64,000 nucleotides of DNA from an uncultured delta proteobacterium (GTDB lineage Bacteria > Desulfobacterota > Binatia > Binatales > Binataceae). Under the pieces are notes generated by a model. The model did no database searches. It was not told where the DNA came from and saw nothing but the letters and a program-made list of their open reading frames with translations. Shown here piece by piece: positions 46,673 through 56,941 of this stretch. The position numbers and the translations under genes were made by a program. Location: the NCBI GenBank assembly GCA_963808235.1, contig CAWEEQ010000002.1:1-64000 (forward strand), written 5' to 3'. Each line of letters starts with the position of its first letter. The first letter of the stretch is position 1.

Positions 46673-47830
46673 ATGCGACGAGATATTTTCAGCGAAGAAC
46701 ACGAGATGTTCCGTGCCCAGGTGCGCCGCTTTGTCGATACCGAAATCGAACCGAAGGTGCCCGAATGGAACCGCGCCGGGATGAGCGATCGCGCGAGCTG
46801 GCGTAAAATGGGCGAAGCCGGCTTTCTCGGCGCAAACGCGCCCGCGGAATACGGCGGCGCCGGCGTCGATTTCATCTACGACGCGATCGTGATGGAAGAA
46901 CTGGCGCGGGTGCGCGCGCACGGACTCATGATGTCGCTGCATTCAGACATCTGCATGCCGTACATCACGACCTTCGGCAATTCAGAACAGAAGCGCCGTT
47001 ACATCCCCGGCGCGATCGCGGGCGAAGTAATCCTCGCGATCGCGATGACCGAGCCGGGCACCGGCTCCGATCTTGCTGCCGTTCAAACCACCGCGCGCCG
47101 CGACGGCGATCACTATGTGCTGAACGGTTCGAAGACTTTCATCTCTAACGGACAAATTGCCGACCTGGTAATCGTAGTCTGCAAGACCGATCCCAAAGCG
47201 AATCCGCCGCACAAAGGCGTCAGCTTGATCCTGGTGGATGCGACCAGCCCCGGGTTCGTGCGCGGGCGCAAGCTCGACAAGCTCGGGCTTCGCGGCCAGG
47301 ACACCAGCGAGCTGTTCTTCGAGGATTGTCGCGTCCCGGCCGGCAACCTGCTCGGAAAAGAAGGGTCGGGATTCAAAATGCTGATGGAGAAGCTGCAGCA
47401 GGAGCGGCTTTGCGTCGGAGTCGCCTCGATGGCGAGTTGCCGGCGCACGCTCGAGGACACGGTCGCCTACTGCAAAAATCGGCGCGCATTCGGGCAGCCG
47501 ATCGCCGAGTTCCAGAATACGCAATTCAAGCTCGCCGAGATGATGACCGAAGTCGAAGTGGGGCAGGCATTCGTCGATCGGCTGCTGACGGCGCATGTCC
47601 GCGGCGACGAGATCGTGGCCGAGGTGAGCATGGCAAAATGGTGGACGACCGACCTGCAGAAAAAGATTTCGAGCCAATGCCTGCAACTACACGGCGGCTA
47701 CGGCTTCATGATGGAGTACCCCGTATCGACCGACTACGCCGACGCCGCAGTCCAATCGATCTACGCCGGCACCAACGAAATCATGAAGGTGATAATCGCG
47801 CGCCGAATGGGTTTGGATACGCGCAAATAG
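46673..47830 (+). CDS. Acyl-CoA dehydrogenase
   Basis: AMTEPGTGSDL, NGSKTFISNG, RRAFGQPI, LHGGYG, IYAGTNEIMK. Confidence 0.95.
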   Translation: MRRDIFSEEHEMFRAQVRRFVDTEIEPKVPEWNRAGMSDRASWRKMGEAGFLGANAPAEYGGAGVDFIYDAIVMEELARVRAHGLMMSLHSDICMPYITTFGNSEQKRRYIPGAIAGEVILAIAMTEPGTGSDLAAVQTTARRDGDHYVLNGSKTFISNGQIADLVIVVCKTDPKANPPHKGVSLILVDATSPGFVRGRKLDKLGLRGQDTSELFFEDCRVPAGNLLGKEGSGFKMLMEKLQQERLCVGVASMASCRRTLEDTVAYCKNRRAFGQPIAEFQNTQFKLAEMMTEVEVGQAFVDRLLTAHVRGDEIVAEVSMAKWWTTDLQKKISSQCLQLHGGYGFMMEYPVSTDYADAAVQSIYAGTNEIMKVIIARRMGLDTRK

Positions 47831-47868
47831 TGCAGACCGCCTTAGCGATGGTGTACATGGTATGCTTA

Positions 47869-47881
47869 GCGTAGTATACGC
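47869..47881. promoter_or_regulatory. Palindromic candidate HigA operator
   Basis: GCGTA-GTA-TACGC just upstream of higB. Confidence 0.45.
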
Positions 47882-47887
47882 ACCGTA

Positions 47888-48166
47888 GTGATCAAGTCCT
47901 TTCGTTCAAAGGACACGAGGGCTTTGTTCGACGGCCGTCGCGTGTTGCGTTTTCAGAGCTTTGAGCGTGTCGCGGTGCGAAAGCTTGAGATGATTAACGG
48001 CGCAACCGCCCTTGCGGACTTGCAGGCAGTTCCCGGGAATCGATTGGAGCTGCTCCGAGGTAACAGAAAGGGCCAATACAGCATCCGGATCAATCAGCAA
48101 TGGCGAATCTGTTTCGTTTGGGCCGAAGGAAACGCACATGAAGTCGAGATTGTCGACTATCACTAG
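47888..48166 (+). CDS. higB: HigB (RelE-family) toxin
   Basis: MIKSF...PGNRLELLRGNRKGQYSIRINQQWRICF...VEIVDYH. Confidence 0.95.
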   Translation: MIKSFRSKDTRALFDGRRVLRFQSFERVAVRKLEMINGATALADLQAVPGNRLELLRGNRKGQYSIRINQQWRICFVWAEGNAHEVEIVDYH

Positions 48167-48181
48167 ATGAGGACACCACTT

Positions 48182-48493
48182 ATGGCACGGCAAAAGAGAG
48201 AGGTTCCGCCCGTCCATCCCGGCGAGATCCTGAGCGAGGAATTCTTGAAGCCGCTTGGACTCACCATGAATCAGCTGGCACTGGCGCTGCGCGTGCCTGC
48301 GAACAGGATCAACGCAATCGTGGCGGGCGACCGCGGTATTACCGCCGATACGGCGCTCAGGCTGGGCCGCTACTTCGGGACTTCGGCGCAGTTCTGGATC
48401 AACTTGCAGGCGCGATTCGATCTCGAGAGCACCAAGGACAAGCTCGCCGCGAAGATTGAACGCGAGGTTCAGCCGCGTGTGAGGGCAGCTTGA
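48182..48493 (+). CDS. higA: HigA antitoxin
   Basis: PVHPGEILSEEFLKPLG...ITADTALRLGRYFGTSAQFWINLQ. Confidence 0.95.
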   Translation: MARQKREVPPVHPGEILSEEFLKPLGLTMNQLALALRVPANRINAIVAGDRGITADTALRLGRYFGTSAQFWINLQARFDLESTKDKLAAKIEREVQPRVRAA

Positions 48494-48507
48494 ACGAAGC
48501 GGCGCCG

Positions 48508-48783
48508 TTAGTAATTCACTTGCTGGTTCCGATCCCGACTTACATACCAGCACGGAGCGTAGCCCAGATGAGGGAATATCGAGTTGACGCACGTCTCGCT
48601 CATCGGGTCGCCGGGTTCGTAGTCGGTCTTGCCGCCCTTCTGAGGGACCGCGTAAATCGTGTTGATTTGCACGGCGCTCAAGGGGTCGTGGCGGAATTTA
48701 ACTGAGATAAAATCGCCGGCGTAGAGAATACATACCAATGCGATTGCGACTGTGGCTATTCGTTTGACTAGTGCGACGTTCAT
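48508..48783 (-). CDS. Hypothetical membrane-anchored protein
   Basis: N-terminal TM; CVNSIFPHLGYAPCWY. Confidence 0.7.
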   Translation of the reverse strand: MNVALVKRIATVAIALVCILYAGDFISVKFRHDPLSAVQINTIYAVPQKGGKTDYEPGDPMSETCVNSIFPHLGYAPCWYVSRDRNQQVNY

Positions 48784-48796
48784 GGTAGTCGCGCGG

Positions 48797-48831
48797 AAAA
48801 GAAACGGCCGGCGTCGATCGCGCCGGCCGTT
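48797..48831 (-). terminator. Intrinsic terminator after the thiolase
   Basis: AACGGCCGGCG...CGCCGGCCGTT followed by TCTTTT on the minus strand. Confidence 0.7.
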
Positions 48832-48850
48832 AGGAATGACGAATGCGCGA

Positions 48851-50035
48851 TCAGCCGACCTGGCTGCCTACCACCGAGACGAAGCTGACGCATCGGCCCG
48901 GGGCGCCGCCCAGATTGTGGGTCAGCCCGACCTTTGGATTCTTGATTTGGCGCGGGCCCGCTTCGCCGCGCATCTGCAGCCACATCTCGTACATCATGCG
49001 CAGTCCCGACGCGCCGATCGGATGCCCGAACGACTTGAGCCCGCCGTCCGGATTCACCGGCAGCTTGCCCTCGAGATCGAAGAACCCATCCATCACGTCC
49101 TGCCATGCGGTCCCGCGCGGACTGAAGCCGAGATCCTCGTAGAGCACCAGCTCGGTCGGGGTGAAGCAGTCGTGCACCTCGGCCATGCTGATCTGCTCGC
49201 GAGGATTTGTGATCCCCGCCTGCGCGTATGCGTCTTTGGCGGTCGCGACGACTTCGCGGAAGCTGGTGAAATCGTAATCCTGCGACAGCGGTCCTTCCGC
49301 CGGTCCCGCGATGAACGAGAGCGCCTTTATGTAGATGGGATTCTTGCAGTACTTGTGCGCATCCTCGGCGCGCACCACGATCGCCGCAGCCGAGCCGTCC
49401 GACACACCCGAGCAATCCATGATTCCGAGCGGGTCGGCAATCTTTGGCGAGTTCTTGATCGTCTCGAGCGAAACTTCCTTCTGGAATTGCGCCTTGGGAT
49501 TTTTCGCGCCGTTCTTGTGATTCTTCCACGCGATGCGCGTCAGCACGTCCTTGCCCTTGTCGGGATCGAGTCCGTACTTCTTGAAATACGCGGGCGCCAG
49601 CAGCGAGAACGACGCCGGCGCGGTCATGCTGCCCTGGGTTCCGTCGTTGGGCGGATTGTTGATCACCAGTCCCGAGTAGCCCGAGTCTTTGAGTTTCTCG
49701 ACGCCAATCGCCATCGCGATATCGAACGCTCCCGACGCGACCGCATAGCAAGCCTGCCGGAGCGCCTCGGATCCGGTCGCGCACATGTTCTCGACGCGGG
49801 TCACGGGCTTGTACTGAATCTTGAGCGGCTCGGAGAGCGTCAGCCCCGAGACTCCCGAACCCATCGTGCCGAGCCAGTACGCATCGACGTCATCGGGCTG
49901 AAGGCCGGCCGACTCGTAAGCTTGGTAGGCGGCGTCGACCAAAAAATCTTCGGGGCCCTTGTCCCAATGCTCACCGAACTTGGTGCATCCCATCCCGATG
50001 ATTGCGACGCGGTCCTTGATTCCTCTGCTTGCCAT
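48851..50035 (-). CDS. Thiolase (SCP-x-like acetyl-CoA acetyltransferase)
   Basis: VENMCATGS, SDGSAA, EVHDCF, NPDGGL..GHPIGASG. Confidence 0.92.
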   Translation of the reverse strand: MASRGIKDRVAIIGMGCTKFGEHWDKGPEDFLVDAAYQAYESAGLQPDDVDAYWLGTMGSGVSGLTLSEPLKIQYKPVTRVENMCATGSEALRQACYAVASGAFDIAMAIGVEKLKDSGYSGLVINNPPNDGTQGSMTAPASFSLLAPAYFKKYGLDPDKGKDVLTRIAWKNHKNGAKNPKAQFQKEVSLETIKNSPKIADPLGIMDCSGVSDGSAAAIVVRAEDAHKYCKNPIYIKALSFIAGPAEGPLSQDYDFTSFREVVATAKDAYAQAGITNPREQISMAEVHDCFTPTELVLYEDLGFSPRGTAWQDVMDGFFDLEGKLPVNPDGGLKSFGHPIGASGLRMMYEMWLQMRGEAGPRQIKNPKVGLTHNLGGAPGRCVSFVSVVGSQVG

Positions 50036-50053
50036 GAAAAATTCTCCTTGGCG

Positions 50054-51463
50054 TCAACGCCTCGGGCGCGCCTTCCAGAAATAGTTGTTAACCCCGTCAG
50101 CGGTAAAGAGCCGGCGAAACGTCATCTCGACTTCCTCGCCAATCGCGACTTTGTCCGGCTCGCAGTCGGTCATCTCGCACAGGAAGCGGCCGCCGCCGTC
50201 GAAGTCAATTACGACGTTAACAGTCGGCGGATTGAGAGAATAGGCGAGCCGGTCGATCGCGTAGGTCGCGATTTTGCCGATCCGATCCGCGAATCCATAC
50301 GGCTCCATCTTGCCGCGCTGATGGCATTTGACGCAGACCAGCTGCGGCGGAAGCTGCGGCGTCCCGCAATTGGTGCATCGCGAACCGACGAAGCCGAACT
50401 TCCACTTTTCGGAACGCATCATCGGCGGTCCCGCGGGCCGCTCCGGATCGGGTCGGCGCGGCGGCTCAGTCGGCAGAATCTCGCGCCACTTCAGATAGTT
50501 CGCGTAAGACACGTCGCCCTTCGATTCGATCATGCGGCCCACCGAATGGACCGGCTTGAAGTTTGCGGCCGCCGGCGTGACGCGGAGCAAGATAGCGTCG
50601 GCGCCGTCGGCTACCGTCGCCACGAGGATTCGGTCGCCCGGCTTCGCGGACGGCAGCGCCGCGGCGAGCATCAGGCCCGCGTGCGCGGCGCCGGTTTGTC
50701 CAATCGTCAACATAAACGAGTCGGAAAATTTCGCGGGATCGATCTTCATCGCGCGGGCGATTTCGTCGGCGGCGCGCGGGTTCGGAGTATCGAGAATCAC
50801 CTTGGCGAGATCTGTCGGCGCGACCTTGGCCTTCTCCAGCAGCGTCTTGATCACGGTGCCGAGCATCGGCGCATGCGCCTGCGTAAGCGTGAAGCGCTCT
50901 TCCCACGAATGCGCGAAACGCTCGCCCTGTGCGCGCCAGGTGTCGAGGAACTCGCGGGTGAGCGAGCTGCTCGCCTCGATTTCGGCAAGCACGTTGTCCG
51001 CGCCGAGCACGAATGCGACCGCGCCGTCGCCGGTCGTCTGCTCGGCTTTGCCCTCGGGCGCCGCGAGACGGCAATCGCCAATCGCGACGATCGCACGCTT
51101 CGCGCCTCCGCTGACAGCGTCGGCGCCTTGCAACAGCGCCGACAGTCCCGCGCGCACCGAGCCGGTCATATCCGAGGCGCGAATCTCCGCCGGGAGCATC
51201 GCGGCGGCGCCGATTACCGCGGCGCTCAGTTTCTCCGCGTAAGGCGGAGTCGTGGTTGCGAAGATTAGCGCCTGAATGTCGCCGGGCGGCGCCGACTTGA
51301 GCGCGTCGCGAACCGCCTCGACCGCCATCGAGACACTGTCTTCGTCGAAACTCGCGATCGCGCGCTCGCCCTTGCCGGCGAGTGTCCCAAGAACCGCCGC
51401 AATCGCCGATCGCTTCAGCCGCCGATACGGAACATATGAACCATAAGAAACAATTCCAGCCAT
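50054..51463 (-). CDS. HMG-CoA synthase/FabH-like domain fused to DUF35 (Zn-ribbon + OB-fold)
   Basis: YVPYRRL...DEDSVSMAVEA, GDGAVAF; C-terminal CTNC...CVKC, GEEVEMTFRR...YFWKARP. Confidence 0.88.
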   Translation of the reverse strand: MAGIVSYGSYVPYRRLKRSAIAAVLGTLAGKGERAIASFDEDSVSMAVEAVRDALKSAPPGDIQALIFATTTPPYAEKLSAAVIGAAAMLPAEIRASDMTGSVRAGLSALLQGADAVSGGAKRAIVAIGDCRLAAPEGKAEQTTGDGAVAFVLGADNVLAEIEASSSLTREFLDTWRAQGERFAHSWEERFTLTQAHAPMLGTVIKTLLEKAKVAPTDLAKVILDTPNPRAADEIARAMKIDPAKFSDSFMLTIGQTGAAHAGLMLAAALPSAKPGDRILVATVADGADAILLRVTPAAANFKPVHSVGRMIESKGDVSYANYLKWREILPTEPPRRPDPERPAGPPMMRSEKWKFGFVGSRCTNCGTPQLPPQLVCVKCHQRGKMEPYGFADRIGKIATYAIDRLAYSLNPPTVNVVIDFDGGGRFLCEMTDCEPDKVAIGEEVEMTFRRLFTADGVNNYFWKARPRR

Positions 51464-51735
51464 GACCGGCATTAAAGGCCGAGCGAGCCGACGCGGTCAA
51501 CCGCAAAGCCAAATCGAGCCGGACTCTTCGATCGAAAACTCCGGGACAGGCAAATTGTTAACTTTGTCTTTTCTTGACGGGATTCACTTTCTTCGTGAAA
51601 ATTGGATTGACGAAGGAACGAGAGGCCTTAGCTTCGGACCTAGCTTGATTTCCTGATTGCCAGGAAGCCGCGCGCGCACGTCGATTCCGCTCGAAGATTA
51701 CAGCGAGCAATAGCTCGTATAAACGGGAGGATCTC

Positions 51736-52134
51736 ATGATCACCGAAGACTACGTCAGAAAGATTTTCAAGGGGCTTGAGCACGGCGATGGCGCGGGTTT
51801 TTTCGAGCATGTAGCCGACAAGGTCGACTGGATCGTCGAAGGCACGCATCCGCTGGCCGGTCACTACAAGTCGAAATCTGATTTCATTGCCGGGACTTTC
51901 GCGAAGCTCGGCAAGGTTCTGCCCAACGGGGCTCAACTGGTCGTCGAGCATCTGCTCGTAAAGGATGACCAGGCTGTCGCGGAACTTCACTCCTTGGCCA
52001 CGGCGAAGAACGGACTGAGGTTCGACAACAGATACTGCTGGGTCGTTCACTTCGATGGTGACACCATCGACCGAGTGAGGGCCTATCTCGACTCGGCGAT
52101 GGTCGCGCGTCTCTTCGAAGAAAACCCGATCTAG
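51736..52134 (+). CDS. NTF2/SnoaL-like protein
   Basis: VDWIVEGTHPLAGHY...FDNRYCWV...VRAYLDS; GGAGG RBS. Confidence 0.9.
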   Translation: MITEDYVRKIFKGLEHGDGAGFFEHVADKVDWIVEGTHPLAGHYKSKSDFIAGTFAKLGKVLPNGAQLVVEHLLVKDDQAVAELHSLATAKNGLRFDNRYCWVVHFDGDTIDRVRAYLDSAMVARLFEENPI

Positions 52135-52254
52135 CCATCGGTCGTCGGCGTCTCATCCGACCCGACCTGATGGGCTTGTCGATACGATCGGTGTTTTGAT
52201 TGCCAAATCGTTTAGGGAATTCGCATGATTCGGATTTGAACTGGATGTGTTCGA

Positions 52255-53139
52255 ATGGCGTTTGAGAGCTTCACAGTCGAAGACATAGCAACGCAAGGGG
52301 CGACGATTCACACTCTGAGAAGAGGTGCCGGCCCGCCACTGCTACTTTTGCATGGGTATCCTCAGACGCATTTCATCTGGCACAAAATCGCCGAACGGCT
52401 CTCCGAGCAGTACACCGTGGTGCTGACGGACCTTCGAGGCTACGGCGACTCAGGCAAGCCGGAGGGAGGCGCACGCCATGAGAATTACTCCTTTCGGGCG
52501 ATGGCACAGGACCAAGTCGACGTGATGCACCATCTCGGTCATGAAACGTTTTTCGTCGCATCCCATGATCGCGGCGCGCGGACAGCTCATCGGATGTGCC
52601 TCGACCATCCCAAGGCTGTCCGCAAAGTCTGTTTCATGGAGATTTTGCCTACACTGCGGATGTATCGCGATACCTCAAAGGAGTTTGCCACCAAGTATAT
52701 GTGGTGGTTCTTTTTGATTCAGGAGGCTCCGCTTCCAGAACACATGATCGGTGCAGACGCCGCTTTCTTTCTTGAACAACATTTCAAGCTGCAAAGCGGC
52801 ACTTCCGGAGCGCTGACGGACGAAGCGCTGGAGGAGTACAAGCGTTGCTTCTGTAAGCCAGAAGCAATCCACGCGAGTTGCGAGGATTACCGAGCGGCCG
52901 CGGACATCGATCTTGAGATGGACGAGGAAGACGAGAACGCAGGACGAAAAATAGAGTGCCCAGTTCTCGCGCTTTGGGGAGAGAAAGGTGCCGTGGGCAA
53001 GCTTTGGGACGTGCTTGAGGTGTGGCGACAGCATGCGCGTGCACCCGTCCACGGCCGAGCGCTGAACAGCGGACACTACTTGGCGGAAGAGCAGCCGGAA
53101 GAAGTATTGCAGGAATTGCTACGATTCTTTGCGAATTGA
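52255..53139 (+). CDS. Alpha/beta hydrolase, haloacetate dehalogenase-like
   Basis: LLHGYPQTH, SHDRGAR nucleophile Asp motif, CEDYRAAA, GHYLAEE. Confidence 0.88.
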   Translation: MAFESFTVEDIATQGATIHTLRRGAGPPLLLLHGYPQTHFIWHKIAERLSEQYTVVLTDLRGYGDSGKPEGGARHENYSFRAMAQDQVDVMHHLGHETFFVASHDRGARTAHRMCLDHPKAVRKVCFMEILPTLRMYRDTSKEFATKYMWWFFLIQEAPLPEHMIGADAAFFLEQHFKLQSGTSGALTDEALEEYKRCFCKPEAIHASCEDYRAAADIDLEMDEEDENAGRKIECPVLALWGEKGAVGKLWDVLEVWRQHARAPVHGRALNSGHYLAEEQPEEVLQELLRFFAN

Positions 53140-53187
53140 GGAACAAACAATGAAGCACCAGACAAATCGATCAGTCTCCGAAAACCG

Positions 53188-55491
53188 TCAAAGGCCGAGC
53201 GAGCTGACGCGGTCAACTGAAACCGACGCCGCTCCCGGAATTTGCGGGAGCCATCGATTCAGCTGAGGGACGAGGTATTCGAGGCGGCGCATCGAATGCA
53301 GTTCGGCAAGGATCGCGCGACGCTGATCGATCGTCCACGATTCGACTCGGGCGAATTGTCGCTCCTCCAGCCGTGAGCCGAACTGCTCGAGAGGTGCTGC
53401 CAGGTCATCGGGTGAGTTTGCGCGCGCGATTGCCTGTGCGGCCGCGGCGCTCAGGCTGGCATTGCTGCCGAAGAAGTCGAGCCACGATAGAAGTTGCCTG
53501 CGAACGGCGTCGAGCACTGCTTCGCGCGCCGACTCGGTCACCGGGTCCAGTTGCGGCACGGGAGTAACGATGCGCCCATTCGCTATTGATGCCATCCGGT
53601 TCGCGATGCGCCGCAGCGTTCCGGACGCCTCGACGATCGCGTTATGGTTGACGGTACTGGTGCGGCCTTCCAATTGTGCATCATCCGCGACCTCCAGAAT
53701 TTCGGCGAGGGTACGCATGGTCGCCGAGTTTGCCTGCTGGATTTCGTCCTCAGTGTTCGCGGCGGAACCGCCGGGCGCCAGGGCAAGCGTGTCGCGAATT
53801 ACTTTACGCAGTCTCGGCAACAAGGAATCACCGGCGTATTCCGGCCACAACAGTAAGAAGACGATTCCAGCGACCAGGGTGCCAAGCAGAACTCCCCAGA
53901 TTCGCCACAGCGGTGCATAGACGTCGAAGGCGGGGCTCAAGCCGGCGAACGCCAACGCGAAGGTCGTGCCTATCTGCTTTCCTGCGTATGAAATACGTCC
54001 ACTACTGAGAGCAGAGTAGGAGGAGATAAAGAAGACTACGAAGAGCGCCATCATATACGCCGGAAGAGTTTCGAAGTTGGGCGTGACGATGATGATTGTC
54101 AGCAGAGTCAGTGCCCCGCCGATTAGCACACCGATTATCCGCAGGATCATCTTGCGCAGCGCGGCCCCGTAGGTCGGAAGCGCGGTTATCAGTATCGTCG
54201 TCAGGATCGTGGATAGATCGGGACGCTGCGTGATGAGGCCGATCACATAACCGATCACTACGCAGAAACCGACCTTCATCGAAAAGCGGACGACCTCAGG
54301 ATCCGGAGCAGTCGAGCGCGGAGCAGCACTCTTTGACGGTGCCGCGGCGGGCGGCGGCGGAGGTTCATCGAGCAGGCGTTCGACATGTCCGGTCAGCGCA
54401 GCAATCGAATCGGTGAAGGACGCGAAATTCTCGATCTCCGCGGAACTCGCCGTGCGTATATATGTCGGTCTGACCTGGATGACGCGAGCACTGAGAGTGT
54501 CAAGCGCAGATTCTGCGCGGGTCCGCGAGGCGGGAGGCGGCAGGTCGGCGCCAACGGAGAGGTGAGTGTGCATTTCGGTGGCGATCTCGTCGAACACGGC
54601 CGCAAGCGCATTCACCGTCGCTTCTATTTCGGGCCGTACCATCGCGCGAATTTCTCGTGGTACGTTCTGACGCGCCGCGAAGGTCAGGCGATCCACTTCG
54701 AGACCGATACGCGCCACGCGTGTGACCGCCGCAAGCAGGATCGCATGGCGATGCGCGGATCCACCTTCGGCCACGGCTTGATTCAGAAGCGCCATGTGCA
54801 CGGGAAGATCCGAGGTTGGCGGTGGCATCCGCGGTCGCGGCGCGCTTCGGTAATCCAGATAAAACTTTGTAGCCAGCAGGAGCCGCGAGCGATCGCGCGC
54901 GATGGTCGCTCCCAGCGATTCGAGCAGGATATTTTCGCCCGGGTCGGGCCAAATCCAGTTGTCGAACAGGACGATCGTGCCGAAGGCGATCACGCTCCCA
55001 CCGAATTCTCCCGCGGCAGACCAACCGATTTCGTCGGGTGCATATGCGACGCCGTAGTAAAGGAAAAGGAACGTAACCTGGATGAGGAGAAGAGCCGCGC
55101 CCAGTTTATGAGTCGTTCCAATGTAGGTCGTGAACGAGATCAACGTGAAGAGGAACGGGAGCATCAGCCAGGGCGTTTCCGACAGTATCCCTGCCAGCAC
55201 GACCGATGCAGCGAGCGTGAACGCCAGGGCGATCAGAAACGCAACTGCCTTGCGAGCAGACATCATCGGTCCCGCTCCCACCAGCAGCCACACGATGTAA
55301 GTGCCGAGCTCGTTGTTGACGTGACAGCTCGCGATCAGGCCAGCGCCGATCGTCCCCATCATGGCAAGGCGAAGCGCAGTACGGAGTTTTCGTGAGCTGG
55401 GTGCAAGCTCCCGGGAGAGCAGCCCGGCAAGCTGATCGAACCAACCTGGTGCTTGCGCGAGGCGGATCTCCGGTTTGGCGAAGCCGGCCAT
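53188..55491 (-). CDS. FUSC/MdtO-like inner-membrane efflux protein
   Basis: Two TM bundles separated by helical cytoplasmic domains; in operon with an MFP and YtcA. Confidence 0.85.
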   Translation of the reverse strand: MAGFAKPEIRLAQAPGWFDQLAGLLSRELAPSSRKLRTALRLAMMGTIGAGLIASCHVNNELGTYIVWLLVGAGPMMSARKAVAFLIALAFTLAASVVLAGILSETPWLMLPFLFTLISFTTYIGTTHKLGAALLLIQVTFLFLYYGVAYAPDEIGWSAAGEFGGSVIAFGTIVLFDNWIWPDPGENILLESLGATIARDRSRLLLATKFYLDYRSAPRPRMPPPTSDLPVHMALLNQAVAEGGSAHRHAILLAAVTRVARIGLEVDRLTFAARQNVPREIRAMVRPEIEATVNALAAVFDEIATEMHTHLSVGADLPPPASRTRAESALDTLSARVIQVRPTYIRTASSAEIENFASFTDSIAALTGHVERLLDEPPPPPAAAPSKSAAPRSTAPDPEVVRFSMKVGFCVVIGYVIGLITQRPDLSTILTTILITALPTYGAALRKMILRIIGVLIGGALTLLTIIIVTPNFETLPAYMMALFVVFFISSYSALSSGRISYAGKQIGTTFALAFAGLSPAFDVYAPLWRIWGVLLGTLVAGIVFLLLWPEYAGDSLLPRLRKVIRDTLALAPGGSAANTEDEIQQANSATMRTLAEILEVADDAQLEGRTSTVNHNAIVEASGTLRRIANRMASIANGRIVTPVPQLDPVTESAREAVLDAVRRQLLSWLDFFGSNASLSAAAAQAIARANSPDDLAAPLEQFGSRLEERQFARVESWTIDQRRAILAELHSMRRLEYLVPQLNRWLPQIPGAASVSVDRVSSLGL

Positions 55492-55492
55492 T

Positions 55493-56572
55493 TCAGTGAC
55501 TGCTCTGTTCGCGAAAATCGTGATCGCGTCGATCCTGATCGCGGTATCCCTGGATCGTTACCACCGCCGTGTAGCCCGTCTTGAACGGGTACTTCGGGTC
55601 GCGATCCTCGAGCACGATACGAACGGGAAAGCGCTGCGAGAGCCGCACCCAGTTGAGCGTCGGCTCAGTTTGCGGCAGCCCATCGACGGTCGCGCCGTTC
55701 TGCTGATACAGCGCCCATCCGACGCCTTGCACGCGACCACGAAAGCGCTTGTTGGGATAGGCGAGTACAAAGACCTCGGCGGTCATGCCGGGTTGGATGT
55801 GCGACATAAACGTCTCGCGGAAATTCGCAATCACGTACCACTTGCGATCGTCGACCAGGCTGACGACTTGACGGCCTTCGTTGGCATACTGGCCTTCCGA
55901 GATGTTGAGATTCGTGACCCAACCGTTGTACGGCGCGCGTACCGAGCAATAACCGACGTTGAGTTTCGCGTCGTAAACCGCAGCCTCCGCCGCCTTCCGT
56001 AAGGCGTTGATATTGCCGTACTGGCCGAGCTGGTTTTGTGCTTTGCCGACGTCAGAGCGCGCGGCCTGCACGGCGGCCTCCGCTGCACTCACTCGCGAGC
56101 GGGCGTTGAAGACGTCGTTGGCGGTGACGAAATGCTTCGCGAGCAGCGGCTCAATGCGATTGAGATACTGCTTGTCGTACGCCGCATCGGCTTCGAGCCG
56201 TACTTGATCGGATTTAGCGGTCCGGATCGCATCTTCGAGCGCCTTGATATTGAGCTCGGTCAATTGCAGCTTGGCGACCGCGGCGTCCAATGCCGATTGA
56301 TACGGCCGCGGATCGACGATGAATAGGAGGTCGCCTTGCTTGACGTACTGATTGTCCACGATCGGCAGTTCCGTAATCGGCCCGCTCACGTGCGGCGCGA
56401 TTCCGACCCAGTTGGCGCGAACGTAAGCGTCGTCGGTGCGCGGATACTCGTAGTAGAGGCGCGCGACGTAGAGCCCGACGATAACGGTGGCCGCCACGAT
56501 CGCGGCGCTCAGCAGATGCCCGGCGAATCGCAAGGTCATCGATACTTCGTCGGTGTCGCTAGCCATGGCCAT
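55493..56572 (-). CDS. HlyD/MdtN-like membrane fusion protein
   Basis: PRTDDAYV, IAPHVSG, NQYVKQGD, ANFRET, NWVRLSQRFPVRI. Confidence 0.92.
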   Translation of the reverse strand: MAMASDTDEVSMTLRFAGHLLSAAIVAATVIVGLYVARLYYEYPRTDDAYVRANWVGIAPHVSGPITELPIVDNQYVKQGDLLFIVDPRPYQSALDAAVAKLQLTELNIKALEDAIRTAKSDQVRLEADAAYDKQYLNRIEPLLAKHFVTANDVFNARSRVSAAEAAVQAARSDVGKAQNQLGQYGNINALRKAAEAAVYDAKLNVGYCSVRAPYNGWVTNLNISEGQYANEGRQVVSLVDDRKWYVIANFRETFMSHIQPGMTAEVFVLAYPNKRFRGRVQGVGWALYQQNGATVDGLPQTEPTLNWVRLSQRFPVRIVLEDRDPKYPFKTGYTAVVTIQGYRDQDRRDHDFREQSSH

Positions 56573-56582
56573 CGTGATCTTT

Positions 56583-56858
56583 TCAGATTCGGTTGAAGAA
56601 GATCAGCCACACCACGCATCCCATCAGGATGGCGAGACTCAGGTACACGATCGGCAGCGGCCACAGGTAGCTCTCGACGCGCGTGACCACGAAGATTGGA
56701 CGAATGGCAACGGTCAGAATCGCGCCGCATATTGCGCAGAATAGCCAGCTGGGAAAATTCGCGCCGGCGATATTGACCACCGGATCACATCCCGAAAGCA
56801 GGGAAGCGGCGACGAATAGCGGCGCAAATCTGCCCACGTGCGTGAAAGCGAATCGCAT
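56583..56858 (-). CDS. YtcA family small lipoprotein
   Basis: LSGCDPVVNIAGANFPSWL; typical position upstream of mdtN. Confidence 0.8.
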   Translation of the reverse strand: MRFAFTHVGRFAPLFVAASLLSGCDPVVNIAGANFPSWLFCAICGAILTVAIRPIFVVTRVESYLWPLPIVYLSLAILMGCVVWLIFFNRI

Positions 56859-56941
56859 GGCCCGAAGATTCTACGCGCCGGATTGTGCAAAAGCACGTTC
56901 CGGGATCTAATGTCCGTTCAACTGCGGGTGAGAATCATTTT

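Noticed and set aside
48752-51268. 838-aa plus-strand ORF, and similar long antisense ORFs (37233-38915, 35866-36984, 59008-60408)
   Set aside because: Antisense shadows of GC-rich genes with recognisable products on the other strand.
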